Assembly: GCA_012838235.1 (NCBI GenBank) | Contig: DUPQ01000071.1 | Location: 33,653-97,652 of the forward strand | Length of the DNA stretch: 64,000 nucleotides | Source of the DNA: Clostridiaceae bacterium | Lineage (GTDB): Bacteria; Bacillota; Clostridia; DUPQ01 | Direction: 5' to 3' | In this document: positions 9,281 through 18,625 of the stretch, in pieces | How the letters are laid out: each line of letters begins with the position of its first letter | Numbering within the stretch: position 1 is the first letter of the stretch | Notes under the pieces: generated by a model | Told to the model about the DNA's origin: nothing | The model's input: the letters and a program-made list of their open reading frames with translations, nothing else | Database searches by the model: none | Made by a program: the position numbers and the translations under genes

Positions 9281-9310
9281 GGTATGATATGAGGTCATAC
9301 CTTTTTTTTT
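9281..9310 (+). terminator. Rho-independent terminator after tRNA-Thr
   Basis: Stem GGTATGA(9281-87)/TCATACC(9295-9301) followed by a T9 run (9302-9310). Confidence 0.7.
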
Positions 9311-9479
9311 ACCTGTCTGTGTTGATAGTAACACTTTTTATAATTCAACTGACAAAGCCGGAATCTGAAAACTTGATATCGAAAAAATCGACATCAAATA
9401 GGGGCGAACGATAGACATGTTCAAGTAACATTTTGCGTCTTGAACAGAGGAATAAGAAAGCAGGCACTTTACCTTATAC

Positions 9480-9502
9480 GACGGAAATTTACCGAATACG
9501 AC
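9480..9502 (+). promoter_or_regulatory. Conserved 23-nt box GACGGAAATTTACCGAATACGAC upstream of the LytTR regulator gene (copy 1 of 3)
   Basis: Near-identical blocks at 10616-10638 and 18518-18540. It contains an imperfect 13-bp palindrome CGG-N7-CCG and overlaps imperfect direct repeats ATACGACGGAAAT/ATACGACGGGAAT spaced 20 nt apart. Ends 72 nt upstream of the start codon. Confidence 0.5.
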
Positions 9503-9573
9503 GGGAATATTGCATATAAAAAGATATACATTTATAATGAAAACAGCCATGAAAGGAAAGGGGCAATAGGTTT

Positions 9574-10038
9574 GTGAGTGTAAAATTTCGCTTTATTCAT
9601 GACGATGCACTGGGTAATGATATAGAAATTACCGTACGTGCCGCGGAAAAAAATGAACGAGTGGAAAAGCTGTTATCAAAACTTGCGGAGAGTTCCGGCC
9701 AACTTATATCCGGTCAGATTCTTTCGGAAAAGTACGATATAGACACTTCCGATATCATTTTGGTTATGCGAGACGGTCGTTATGTTACTGCGAAAACAGT
9801 CAGAGGAGACTATATTATAAAAGATGCACTGACACGCGTGGAAGAAAGCCTCAACCCCACATGGTTCGTAAGAATATCGCAGTCGGAGATAATAAACCTT
9901 AAGTATCTTAAGAACTGGGATTTCGTTGGCGGAGGAATAATTCAGATAAAGATGGAGAATGGAATAATAACTCACTCATCGAGGCGATATGCTACACAAA
10001 TTCGCGATATGCTTCTTAAGAGGAGGGCAAAACGATGA
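9574..10038 (+). CDS. Standalone LytTR-domain DNA-binding regulator (no receiver domain)
   Basis: 154 aa. The C-terminal LytTR domain (RDGRYVTAKTVRGDYIIKDALTRVEESLNPTWFVRISQSEIINLKYL) aligns with the AgrA/LytR DNA-binding fold. Its stop overlaps the next gene (ATGA). Confidence 0.8.
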   Translation: MSVKFRFIHDDALGNDIEITVRAAEKNERVEKLLSKLAESSGQLISGQILSEKYDIDTSDIILVMRDGRYVTAKTVRGDYIIKDALTRVEESLNPTWFVRISQSEIINLKYLKNWDFVGGGIIQIKMENGIITHSSRRYATQIRDMLLKRRAKR

Positions 10039-10517
10039 AAAAACGTTTGATTATCAGATCTCTTATCGGACTTGTTGTCGGCGCACTGGCAGTACATGCA
10101 ATTACTCTGTTTGTTAATTACATCAGCAGAGGTGAAATTTTAATCTGTATGCCGGAACTTATAGAAAAGCTCGGACTTACCAAAGCCATAATTGTTCAGA
10201 CCGTACTCGGTGCGCTGATCAGCATGATAGCCATCGGCGGAACGGTTCTGTTTGACATAGAAACATGGAGTTTACTGCGTGCCACTGTGGCGCACTGTGC
10301 ACTTATACTGTTTTCATATTTGACGGTAGGATTATTGTTGAGTTGGTTTTCTTTCCACATAATTCCTATCCTCATAATGACGGGCGGAATAATAATTGTC
10401 TATGCATTGATATGGCTCATAATGTACGCTATCTGGAAAGCGGAAATACGAAACATGAACCGCCTTACGGAAGAGTACAAAAAAGATATAGAAGCAAGCG
10501 AAGATCAATCCTCATAA
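10035..10517 (+). CDS. DUF3021-like polytopic membrane protein, putative membrane-bound partner/inhibitor of the LytTR regulator
   Basis: 160 aa with four predicted TM helices. Translationally coupled to the LytTR gene. Same architecture as the HdrRM/BrsRM LytTR regulatory systems. Confidence 0.7.
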   Translation: MKKRLIIRSLIGLVVGALAVHAITLFVNYISRGEILICMPELIEKLGLTKAIIVQTVLGALISMIAIGGTVLFDIETWSLLRATVAHCALILFSYLTVGLLLSWFSFHIIPILIMTGGIIIVYALIWLIMYAIWKAEIRNMNRLTEEYKKDIEASEDQSS

Positions 10518-10615
10518 AAAGTAAAGCATATAACAAAAGGTCGGCCGGAAGGGTCGATTTTTTTGAGCAAATTTTCAGTGAAACTACACTTTATCACTGT
10601 TTTTTAACCGTTTAT

Positions 10616-10638
10616 GACGGGAAATTACCGAATACGAC
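10616..10638 (+). promoter_or_regulatory. Conserved 23-nt box GACGGGAAATTACCGAATACGAC upstream of giant SLH gene A (copy 2 of 3)
   Basis: 22/23 identical to copy 1. Embedded in a ~55-nt module (10596-10652) shared with the gene B promoter and flanked by the 9-nt direct repeat AACCGTT(T/G)A. Ends 98 nt upstream of ATG 10736. Confidence 0.5.
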
Positions 10639-10735
10639 CAAACCGTTGAATGTAGAAAAAACAACCGATATACTCGAGTCAGATCTCAACGATTTTTTAA
10701 TTGATTTAATATTTGTCGGTACGAGGAGGAAGAAA

Positions 10736-13700
10736 ATGAAAAACATTGGAAGAAGATTTTTTGCATTACTGATGACATTGGTAATGTTACTTACCATGAT
10801 ACCCGCAACGGTAACTGCCAATCCGGGTGAGCCGGAAGTTTTTATTGTAGCGGGAAGAATAACCGATAGTGTTACAAAGAAAGGCTTAAGCGGAGCAACG
10901 GTAAGATTGGGAGAATTCTTTGATACTACCGATGCTTTCGGGTATTATCAGATAGATGCCCGTGAGGCGGGAACGTATGAAATATCCGCATCACTTAGAG
11001 GCTATACTACGGTTACGGATAACAATTTTGAGTTAAACGGCACAAAAGACTGGTTTGCCGAACTGACACTTGATTCAGACCCCTGCATAGATATATATGC
11101 ATCGGTCAAGTGTGTTTATTCCGGTATTCCGCTAAAAGGAGTAGAGGTTCGGGCAAGACACAGTAGCGAGGGACTATTTTACGATAATACCGACAGTGAC
11201 GGAAGTGTCGTATTCTACAATTTACCTAAGGGAAAATATACTTTTGAGGTAAACGTAAACGGTAAGCCGGGATGGGAAAGCTATATATCAGGTGAATATG
11301 ACGTAACACAGGACCACTTACTAAACTGTTCTTTAAAGCCTAAATATAAAAGCCTTACGGTGGAAACCTACGGCTTTTGTGCTTTTACCGAACAGGATGA
11401 CAGTCCTTTACGTAATGTCTATGTAAGACTTCACGGCCTGGATCCTAATGATCACGATGTGGAGCTCATATCTCCCGCACCGATAAAAACGGGAGAAGAC
11501 GGAACGGTGGTATTTGATAAACTTGTACCTATTGATTGGTTAATAGAAGTATATTCACCGGGATATGATCCCATGGAAAAGTTAGTAAAAGCCAAAGCTG
11601 ACGGAACATTTGAACAGGACACGGTTCGAATGGATATGGAATTTCATCCCGGAACATTGATTGCAAAGCTTGATTCGCTATATGATGATGACGAAAGATA
11701 TTGCGGTCTGGAAGTACATCTTTGCGGTAATGATGCCATAACGGAAGGTTTGACACGTACCATCACTGTCGAATCATGGCATAGGCCTAAAAGGGCTGCT
11801 ATTTTTGAAAACCTTTTACCGGGGCAATACAAGATTTATACTTACGGAAGTTGCGAGAACATTGTGCGAATAAATGCGGGAGACCTACAGGTTTATTTTA
11901 ATCGACTTGTGGATTCGTCGATTTCGCCTCCAAGAAGGCTTTCCATAACTTTCCAGGGTGAGACACAGGCTGTTGCCAAGATGGGTCGAGAAACAGAGGT
12001 GGAATTACCTTTGGATGTTGAAAAGGCAAATTATTCGGGTTTCCTGCATAAAATAGATATGGATGAGGAAGGTGCTCTTATAACTTCGCCTGCCGCCAAT
12101 ACCGTAATGACATTGCATCCTTCGGAATATTTTCCTCAGAATCCCGAATACGGTAAAACCTATACCGTGACAACCGATGAGTTCGGTTTCTATTCTTTCA
12201 ATGTTTACCCCGGATTATATGGTGTGACCGTTTCCGATATGGACGATTACTGGGGAGCTTTTGCAACCTATCGTCAGCGCTACGGAATGGTTGAACAAAG
12301 TGAAGAAGGCGGAGAACTGGGTAAACCTGGAAAAATGGGCGGATGGCCATATTATCAGAAATGGCAAGGCAGCCACGATTCGGCCATAGCTTACATGGGG
12401 TATGGTAAATTAGACGGTGGTAAAAAATACACAAACAATACAGGATATGCTGACATAGGCGGGGTGCCGCTCTCCTCCGGAATTACCGAGGGAGACCTGT
12501 TTATGAAAGAAAAAGTCTGCTCTATAAGTGTGGAGACTTTACCTGCTAGAATAGAAAAAGGGTGGTATGCTGTTACCGGTAAGATAAATGATGGGAATCC
12601 TGACAATCATGAAGCTGCCAATTATGAGTTTTCAAAAACATGGTTCGATCTTGCCAACTTCAGAACGGAGCTGTCCTGCGGCGAGGAAACAATTGATAAC
12701 GATACATCTCCTTTTCCTCACAAATTTACTCAACTCCAACCGGGAACTCATGATGTCAATTTCACTAAAAAAGCCGGTGCAACAATGCCGGAGTACAGCT
12801 TGCACCGCAAAGGAGTATCCGTACAGGAATATCATCAAAACTGGGAAGGAACCGATGTCACATTTTATGATTTTCCTGCACCCGGTATACTTCCTGCAGA
12901 ATTTCCCTCTGATTACTGCAGCACATACGATACTGTCTGGCCTTGCGGGGAAATGGATATTGATATTGATGTACGCGCTGAAGAGCTGACTCGTTGGACG
13001 GCTCCGAGAGACCACCTTGAAGAACATGTTTATTATTTTGTAGAACTGGATAAGAATACAGGTGAGGGCGAATATAGATGCTATAAAGACTCTGACTACT
13101 ACGAATTAAATAGGCATTTTTACGGATGGACTTCGGATATAATTCCCAATAAACTGTTTTCCGCAGAGGATGTGCATTGGTATGGTACTATTTCCTATCC
13201 GAATTATGTACCGATCACCCTATATTTCCACTTACTTGCCGGCTACGAATATAAGTGGGATGGTAGTAGGGAGTTTTGGGAATTTATACCCAGTAGATGG
13301 TTTGAGATGACATATGATCCGAGTACAGGAGAGGGAGGTCCTACAATATATATTGGCGGTCCTAAGAATAATGTACGTGAGGGTTTAGGTAATGCTCCGA
13401 ACATTTTAAGTCCTTTCAAGGCAATAATAAAGGCTAAAAACTACTATACAGGAGAAGAAATAACGGGTATATCTTTTGTTAATGACACAGCCGGACAGGT
13501 CTTTTTTTCCGAAAACGAATATGATAATCAAATCTATTTAAAGGAAACATTTTCAAATGATGACATAAATGTGGGTGACAAAAACCTTATGTTCCATCAA
13601 GCCTCCTTTGAGCCAGATTTTAGAGGAGACAATCGTACAGTCACCCTTACTTTATACATGGTGCCGAATATAGGGCTGGATTTAACTGTAAAAGACAATA

Positions 13701-16700
13701 ACGATAATCCGGTGCGGGGTGCTACGGTTCAGTTGAGGAGCGCTAAAGGTTTGGATGAGCTTCTGAGAACAGATGATTTAAATGGCGTGGTCAACGTAAA
13801 AAATCTCAGAGACGAATGTTATACCTTAATTATAGATGCTGCGGGTTGTAACACATATACTTATGAGTTGACAGCCGATATGTTACAACCTGACGGGTAT
13901 GGCTGGATGGTCTTTATACACGAAGCAATATTAACACCGATAACAAGACCGGAAGTTTCCAATGAAAGCTTTGACCGTTTCGGAGGTTTTTTACCCAATG
14001 TCAGTCGTATGAAAGCACAAGACACATATGAGCTTGTTACGGGAGATACACCTGCAGGCGAAGCTCTTACACTGACTGTGGAAGCCGCTTTGAAACAACA
14101 GAAACAAGGTGATGTTTTCGATAAGGTTGTGGGCGTATACATTGTAGATGCCAAGAAATTTGAGACTGATGATAAATCCCGTGAAGGGGAGTATGCCGAG
14201 ATAACGGAATTACCCGACCCGGGATGTCCGGTTGCTATGAGAGAATGGCTTAGAAATCTTAATAACCGTTCAACCGGTCTGGAAAATGTATTCTTCCAAT
14301 ACTTTGATGCGGAAAGCATTACTCAAAGAGATGACGATTCCGGCATGGCCGACTTTAAAGGCGAGATAATGTTATACAATCTTCCTGCAGGTCCCTTCAA
14401 ACCGGTATTCATAGTTGTAACGGAAAAAGGTGCCTATGATGTTTATGCACCGGAAATCGATGAAGATAAGCAACTTGTAGGCTTAAGAAAGAGCGGATTT
14501 CTTTCCTTTTTCATAGCTGCAGCAGATATGTATGCGGTAGCACAAACCGGACCTGCCGTACCGCTACACTTCATACTTCCTTTACTGGAAATTACACCTG
14601 CTCTTAGCGAAGCGGGAGAGATGTTGGAATTCGATGCTTCAATAGATATAGATGACTACAACCAGGGATATATTAAATATGAATACAGTATAGGTGTTAA
14701 CTGCGATGCGGGAACATCCACTCCCGGAGGAGCTCCGGGTTCGGCATCATCTTATCTGCCGGCCAAGTTGTCATTGGAAGTGGGAGGCTCGATAAGCACA
14801 TCGGTATCGGGTAAAGATTTAACTATTGAAGATAAATTTACCGCTAAAACCGGAGCATCGGCCGATACCGATAAATACCTGCCTGCATTCATAAAAGACT
14901 TAGCTACTATGGAAGTAAAAGCTACTGCACAAGCCTTCTCCACAGCCGCTATAGAATACAAAAACGATGCCGAGATTAAGTCCCATGAAAACAGCATAGG
15001 TATTACCGGAGAATTGGAAACCAAGACCAATGTCAGCGGAGTGGAAGCTGCCGGCAAATTCTTAGCCGGGGGCGTATTGGCACCCGTATTCAAGGTAATT
15101 AAAAAATGGGGTATTGATATAGGCGGTTGTATAGATGCAAATGCAGGTATAGGGGCAACCGTCAAATACGGCTTGGATGCATATACCGACGGCGGAAACT
15201 TAAATTCAATAGAAGCTGATATAGACTTCGGTGTAGCGGCCAAGTTAGGAATTTACGGCAATGTTTGCGGAGGTAAGTATGGCGGTGCCAGAGGAACCTT
15301 AGGTTTCGGCGGCAGCCATTCCAACTTTAGCAGTTCCATGATGACACTTACATTAAAGTTCGTCTATGATGCCAAAGAGAATGAATTCCGTATGGAACCT
15401 GCGGAACTTATCGGTATGTGTGAAGGTGATTTTGAAGCCTTCTTAAAGACACCCGTTAAAGACTTTAATATTAAATGGCATTTCTCTGTATTTGATGTTA
15501 ACATGCAGTTCGGTACGGAAACCAAGTTTACGCTTACACCGATAGGTAAAGTATATAGGGAGATAGACCGTGAAACCTTCGGAACATCCACCTTCATGGC
15601 TGATGAAGCATCAGGCATAATGGTAAAAGACTATCTCAGTCTTGCAACTTATGCCACAGATGAAAACAGCGGAAACATCCTCTACACCGACCTTGCAAGC
15701 CAAGGCGGAGATATGAGATTGCAACTCAGCAGTTACAGTGCGGGCACCTGGAAGCAACCGATAACGATACTTACAACCGACGGAACATTAGGCAGTTATG
15801 ATTTATTGACATTACCTAACGGTAAGATATTGATAACATACAACTTAATATCTAAAGGACATATGAACAGTATGTTCCCCGATTCCGAAACCAAATATAC
15901 ATTGGGAAGCATAGGTGCAAACGGATGGGTAGAAGAAGCCTCAGGAACAATAGAACAATTAACAGGTTCTTATGCTTTCAGCTGTGATTTAGCAGGATCT
16001 TACTTAGTCTGCCGTTTAACAGGCGGTACAGGAGCGGAAGGCTTCAAGATAGTAGGTTACAAATGGAACGGAGCAGGCTTCGGTGCTGCACAAACATTGG
16101 GATATGCCGCTACTTATGACATGAGCGTTGCGGCAACCGATAACGAACTGGTAGTTACCTGCATTGACGAATGGAAGGAACTGCAGGCAATCAGCTGGAC
16201 AGGTGATGTAACAAACACAACGATAGCAGAGGATGTAGGCTTAGTTTTAGCCATGACATCTGATGCAGACGGATACTACCTTGTTTACGAAAATGGCGGA
16301 GCAGTGGACTTCTACACAAGAGGTATTAATCCCGGCTCTGCATGGACAAAGAAGGGTACACCCGTTTCCAATGTAAGTGCAATTGAAATGGACCTTGCAG
16401 TTAACGATGACAAACTGGTATTAAGCTTCATAAAGCCTTCGGAAGCACACTTTGATGACAATAACAAACTGGTAGTAGGAAACGAAGGTATTGCAAGCGT
16501 TACACTTAGCAAAGACGGAACGCTGTATGATGAACAGAGGACATATTTGGAAAACAGTCAGTTCTACAGAAATCTTAGTATTGTATGTGTCAACGGATTG
16601 GCTTATGCATTTGCCGAAGATTTGTATGAAGATACGGCGGATTTGGTATTTGTAAAGATTTACGATACCGATGCACCCGTAAACTTCTTCGGTACAGTTA

Positions 16701-18421
16701 CCATAACGGGAACCGAAAGATTCAATGAGCGACTTACGGCAGCTGTAAGTGAAGATAACAGTGTTAGCAAGAACTTTACTTACACATGGAAACGTGAAGG
16801 AGAAGCAATAGCGACAGGTGCCACATATACAACGGTAGCTGCCGACATAGGAAAGACACTTGTCTGCGAAGTTACAACGGATGACCATCAGGGTGTGATA
16901 AGAAAGGAAACAGGTGTAATAGCCAAAGCGGCAGGACCTGCGGCACCCGCAGGACTTGCAGGTGTGGCACCTACCGTTGCCGGAGGTAATGACGGTAAGA
17001 TTACAGGAACAAATCAAACAATGGAATTCAGCCAAACGGCAACAGGAGTATATACTGCTTGTAGGGGAGCCGAGATAACAGGACTTACTGCGGGAACATA
17101 CTATGTCAGAATTGCAGGAAACAATACCACAGAGGCGGGAGCATATCGTACTGTTACGGTAGGAGCCGGAGCACAACAACCGGATGATCCTCCGATTCCC
17201 GATGACCCGGTCATTCCTGACGACCCTGTTATTCCGGATGCCGGAACGGGACAGGATACATCAAAGACCATTCCCTCAACCGACGGTGATACCCAGGTGG
17301 ATTACACTGAAACCAAGGGTACGGTATCACTGGATATATCAACTGACAAGGCTGAAGAGATTATCAACAAGAGCAAAGACGGAGATGTAGGATTTGACCT
17401 TTCCGGTGTTAAAGATGCCAAGTCTGCTGAAATGTCTAAAGAGGCATTGGAAACATTCGGCAAAGCCGATGTATCGGTAACTGTTAAGTTGCCCGAAGGA
17501 TCGGTAACTATGGATAAAGAAGCCGTAGATTCCATTGCGGAACAGGCAGGAGGAGATACGGTAAGTGTGGAACTTGCACTGGTAAAACCGGAAGAACTTA
17601 ACTATCTGCAGGAACAGTCGGTAGGAGCGGATGATCTGATTATCGATGCCAATATTACCGGCGGAGACGGTAAGAAGATAAGTACCTTCAACGGTGAACT
17701 GATAATGCGTATACCTTACAACGGTCCTCTGCCTGTAGCTGTCTGGTACTTAAATGATGCGGGAGAGCTGGAAAAGATAGATTGTGATTACGAAAACGGT
17801 ATAGTTACATTCCGTCTCAACCACCTTTCGGTATACATATTAGGACAGGATGTAAGCAGAGAAAGAGATTGGACCAATCCGTTTACCGATGTTAACAAAA
17901 ATGCCTGGTACTACAGTGCAATAGAATACATCAATAAGAATAAACTGATGTACGGTGTAGGAGATAATCAATTTGATCCTCACGGACATATGGTAAGAGC
18001 AATGATAGTAACGGTATTACATCGCTTGGAGAAGATGCCCGAACCTAAAGCATACAACACATTCGGTGATGTTGCAACAAACAGATACTACAGCAAAGCT
18101 GTCAACTGGGCTGCGGAGAACGGTATAGTAAGCGGTTACGGTGACGGAAACTTCGGGCCCAACGATCCCGTTACAAGAGAGCAGCTGGCAGTAATCTTTA
18201 TGAACTATGCCAAGTACAAAGGCTATGACACATCCAAGAGAGCCGCACTGGAAACATTTGCAGATGCAAAGAGTATATCCGGCTGGGCAACGGATGCCAT
18301 GGCATGGGCCAATGCCGAAGCTCTTATCTTAGGTGACGGCACAGGCTTGAATCCTTCAGGAAAAGGAGAGCGCTGTCATGCAGCGGCAATATTCCAGAGG
18401 TTTATTGCCAACATAAAGTAA
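10736..18421 (+). CDS. Giant (2561-aa) secreted cell-surface protein: signal peptide, several carboxypeptidase-regulatory/Cna-B-like beta-sandwich domains, low-complexity G/A/S/T-rich region, Ig-like domain, Pro/Asp-rich linker, three C-terminal SLH domains (paralog A)
   Basis: Real start is ATG 10736 with AGGAGGAAG RBS (MKNIGRRFFALLMTLVMLLTMIPATVTANPGEPEV signal peptide). The track ORF from 10265 is an upstream in-frame readthrough. C-terminal WTNPFTDV..WYY..AIEY...LMYG...F.P....MVRAMIVTVLHR and two further SLH repeats. CarbopepD_reg-like motifs occur, e.g. GRITDSVTKKGLSGATVRL...GYYQI. Confidence 0.9.
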   Translation: MKNIGRRFFALLMTLVMLLTMIPATVTANPGEPEVFIVAGRITDSVTKKGLSGATVRLGEFFDTTDAFGYYQIDAREAGTYEISASLRGYTTVTDNNFELNGTKDWFAELTLDSDPCIDIYASVKCVYSGIPLKGVEVRARHSSEGLFYDNTDSDGSVVFYNLPKGKYTFEVNVNGKPGWESYISGEYDVTQDHLLNCSLKPKYKSLTVETYGFCAFTEQDDSPLRNVYVRLHGLDPNDHDVELISPAPIKTGEDGTVVFDKLVPIDWLIEVYSPGYDPMEKLVKAKADGTFEQDTVRMDMEFHPGTLIAKLDSLYDDDERYCGLEVHLCGNDAITEGLTRTITVESWHRPKRAAIFENLLPGQYKIYTYGSCENIVRINAGDLQVYFNRLVDSSISPPRRLSITFQGETQAVAKMGRETEVELPLDVEKANYSGFLHKIDMDEEGALITSPAANTVMTLHPSEYFPQNPEYGKTYTVTTDEFGFYSFNVYPGLYGVTVSDMDDYWGAFATYRQRYGMVEQSEEGGELGKPGKMGGWPYYQKWQGSHDSAIAYMGYGKLDGGKKYTNNTGYADIGGVPLSSGITEGDLFMKEKVCSISVETLPARIEKGWYAVTGKINDGNPDNHEAANYEFSKTWFDLANFRTELSCGEETIDNDTSPFPHKFTQLQPGTHDVNFTKKAGATMPEYSLHRKGVSVQEYHQNWEGTDVTFYDFPAPGILPAEFPSDYCSTYDTVWPCGEMDIDIDVRAEELTRWTAPRDHLEEHVYYFVELDKNTGEGEYRCYKDSDYYELNRHFYGWTSDIIPNKLFSAEDVHWYGTISYPNYVPITLYFHLLAGYEYKWDGSREFWEFIPSRWFEMTYDPSTGEGGPTIYIGGPKNNVREGLGNAPNILSPFKAIIKAKNYYTGEEITGISFVNDTAGQVFFSENEYDNQIYLKETFSNDDINVGDKNLMFHQASFEPDFRGDNRTVTLTLYMVPNIGLDLTVKDNNDNPVRGATVQLRSAKGLDELLRTDDLNGVVNVKNLRDECYTLIIDAAGCNTYTYELTADMLQPDGYGWMVFIHEAILTPITRPEVSNESFDRFGGFLPNVSRMKAQDTYELVTGDTPAGEALTLTVEAALKQQKQGDVFDKVVGVYIVDAKKFETDDKSREGEYAEITELPDPGCPVAMREWLRNLNNRSTGLENVFFQYFDAESITQRDDDSGMADFKGEIMLYNLPAGPFKPVFIVVTEKGAYDVYAPEIDEDKQLVGLRKSGFLSFFIAAADMYAVAQTGPAVPLHFILPLLEITPALSEAGEMLEFDASIDIDDYNQGYIKYEYSIGVNCDAGTSTPGGAPGSASSYLPAKLSLEVGGSISTSVSGKDLTIEDKFTAKTGASADTDKYLPAFIKDLATMEVKATAQAFSTAAIEYKNDAEIKSHENSIGITGELETKTNVSGVEAAGKFLAGGVLAPVFKVIKKWGIDIGGCIDANAGIGATVKYGLDAYTDGGNLNSIEADIDFGVAAKLGIYGNVCGGKYGGARGTLGFGGSHSNFSSSMMTLTLKFVYDAKENEFRMEPAELIGMCEGDFEAFLKTPVKDFNIKWHFSVFDVNMQFGTETKFTLTPIGKVYREIDRETFGTSTFMADEASGIMVKDYLSLATYATDENSGNILYTDLASQGGDMRLQLSSYSAGTWKQPITILTTDGTLGSYDLLTLPNGKILITYNLISKGHMNSMFPDSETKYTLGSIGANGWVEEASGTIEQLTGSYAFSCDLAGSYLVCRLTGGTGAEGFKIVGYKWNGAGFGAAQTLGYAATYDMSVAATDNELVVTCIDEWKELQAISWTGDVTNTTIAEDVGLVLAMTSDADGYYLVYENGGAVDFYTRGINPGSAWTKKGTPVSNVSAIEMDLAVNDDKLVLSFIKPSEAHFDDNNKLVVGNEGIASVTLSKDGTLYDEQRTYLENSQFYRNLSIVCVNGLAYAFAEDLYEDTADLVFVKIYDTDAPVNFFGTVTITGTERFNERLTAAVSEDNSVSKNFTYTWKREGEAIATGATYTTVAADIGKTLVCEVTTDDHQGVIRKETGVIAKAAGPAAPAGLAGVAPTVAGGNDGKITGTNQTMEFSQTATGVYTACRGAEITGLTAGTYYVRIAGNNTTEAGAYRTVTVGAGAQQPDDPPIPDDPVIPDDPVIPDAGTGQDTSKTIPSTDGDTQVDYTETKGTVSLDISTDKAEEIINKSKDGDVGFDLSGVKDAKSAEMSKEALETFGKADVSVTVKLPEGSVTMDKEAVDSIAEQAGGDTVSVELALVKPEELNYLQEQSVGADDLIIDANITGGDGKKISTFNGELIMRIPYNGPLPVAVWYLNDAGELEKIDCDYENGIVTFRLNHLSVYILGQDVSRERDWTNPFTDVNKNAWYYSAIEYINKNKLMYGVGDNQFDPHGHMVRAMIVTVLHRLEKMPEPKAYNTFGDVATNRYYSKAVNWAAENGIVSGYGDGNFGPNDPVTREQLAVIFMNYAKYKGYDTSKRAALETFADAKSISGWATDAMAWANAEALILGDGTGLNPSGKGERCHAAAIFQRFIANIK

Positions 18422-18454
18422 GAGGTAATATTCTAAATAATCTTCCTCAACAAC

Positions 18455-18491
18455 AAAGGTACCATGCCGCCGCCAAAGGTGTGGTACCTTT
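18455..18491 (+). terminator. Terminator-like hairpin downstream of giant gene A: 10-bp perfect stem AAAGGTACCA/TGGTACCTTT with a 17-nt GC-rich loop
   Basis: Perfect 10-bp inverted repeat followed by a weak U-tract (GCTTTGTG). Conserved with one G-U-compatible change after gene B (26342-26378). Confidence 0.45.
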
Positions 18492-18517
18492 GCTTTGTGC
18501 ATTTTTTAACCGTTTAT

Positions 18518-18540
18518 GACGGGAAATAACCGAATGCGAC
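18518..18540 (+). promoter_or_regulatory. Conserved 23-nt box GACGGGAAATAACCGAATGCGAC upstream of giant SLH gene B (copy 3 of 3)
   Basis: Matches copy 2 at 21/23 and copy 1 at 20/23, inside the shared ~55-nt module TTTTTTAACCGTTTATGACGGG...CCAAACCGTTGAATG. Ends 86 nt upstream of ATG 18626. Confidence 0.5.
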
Positions 18541-18625
18541 CAAACCGTTGAATGAAAAAAAATGAGTGGATATAATCGGGTCAGACTTATTCATTGAGCA
18601 AATTTTTTGTATCTGGAGGAAGAAA

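Noticed and set aside
10265-10735. Track ORF start at 10265 (and 18566 for gene B) giving long N-terminal extensions to the giant proteins
   Set aside because: The extension overlaps the DUF3021 gene in another frame and the conserved promoter module. A strong RBS plus a textbook signal peptide begin at ATG 10736 and ATG 18626.
16421-17179. 252-aa Cys-rich minus-strand ORF, its 291-aa counterpart at 24308-25183, and many other 60-160-aa antisense ORFs inside the two giant genes
   Set aside because: They lie antisense to long, well-supported coding sequence. Their composition (Cys/Ser/Arg-rich) is the mirror image of the Gly/Thr/Ala-rich sense codons. The counterpart exists only because the 3' cassette is duplicated. 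No RBS or domain signal.
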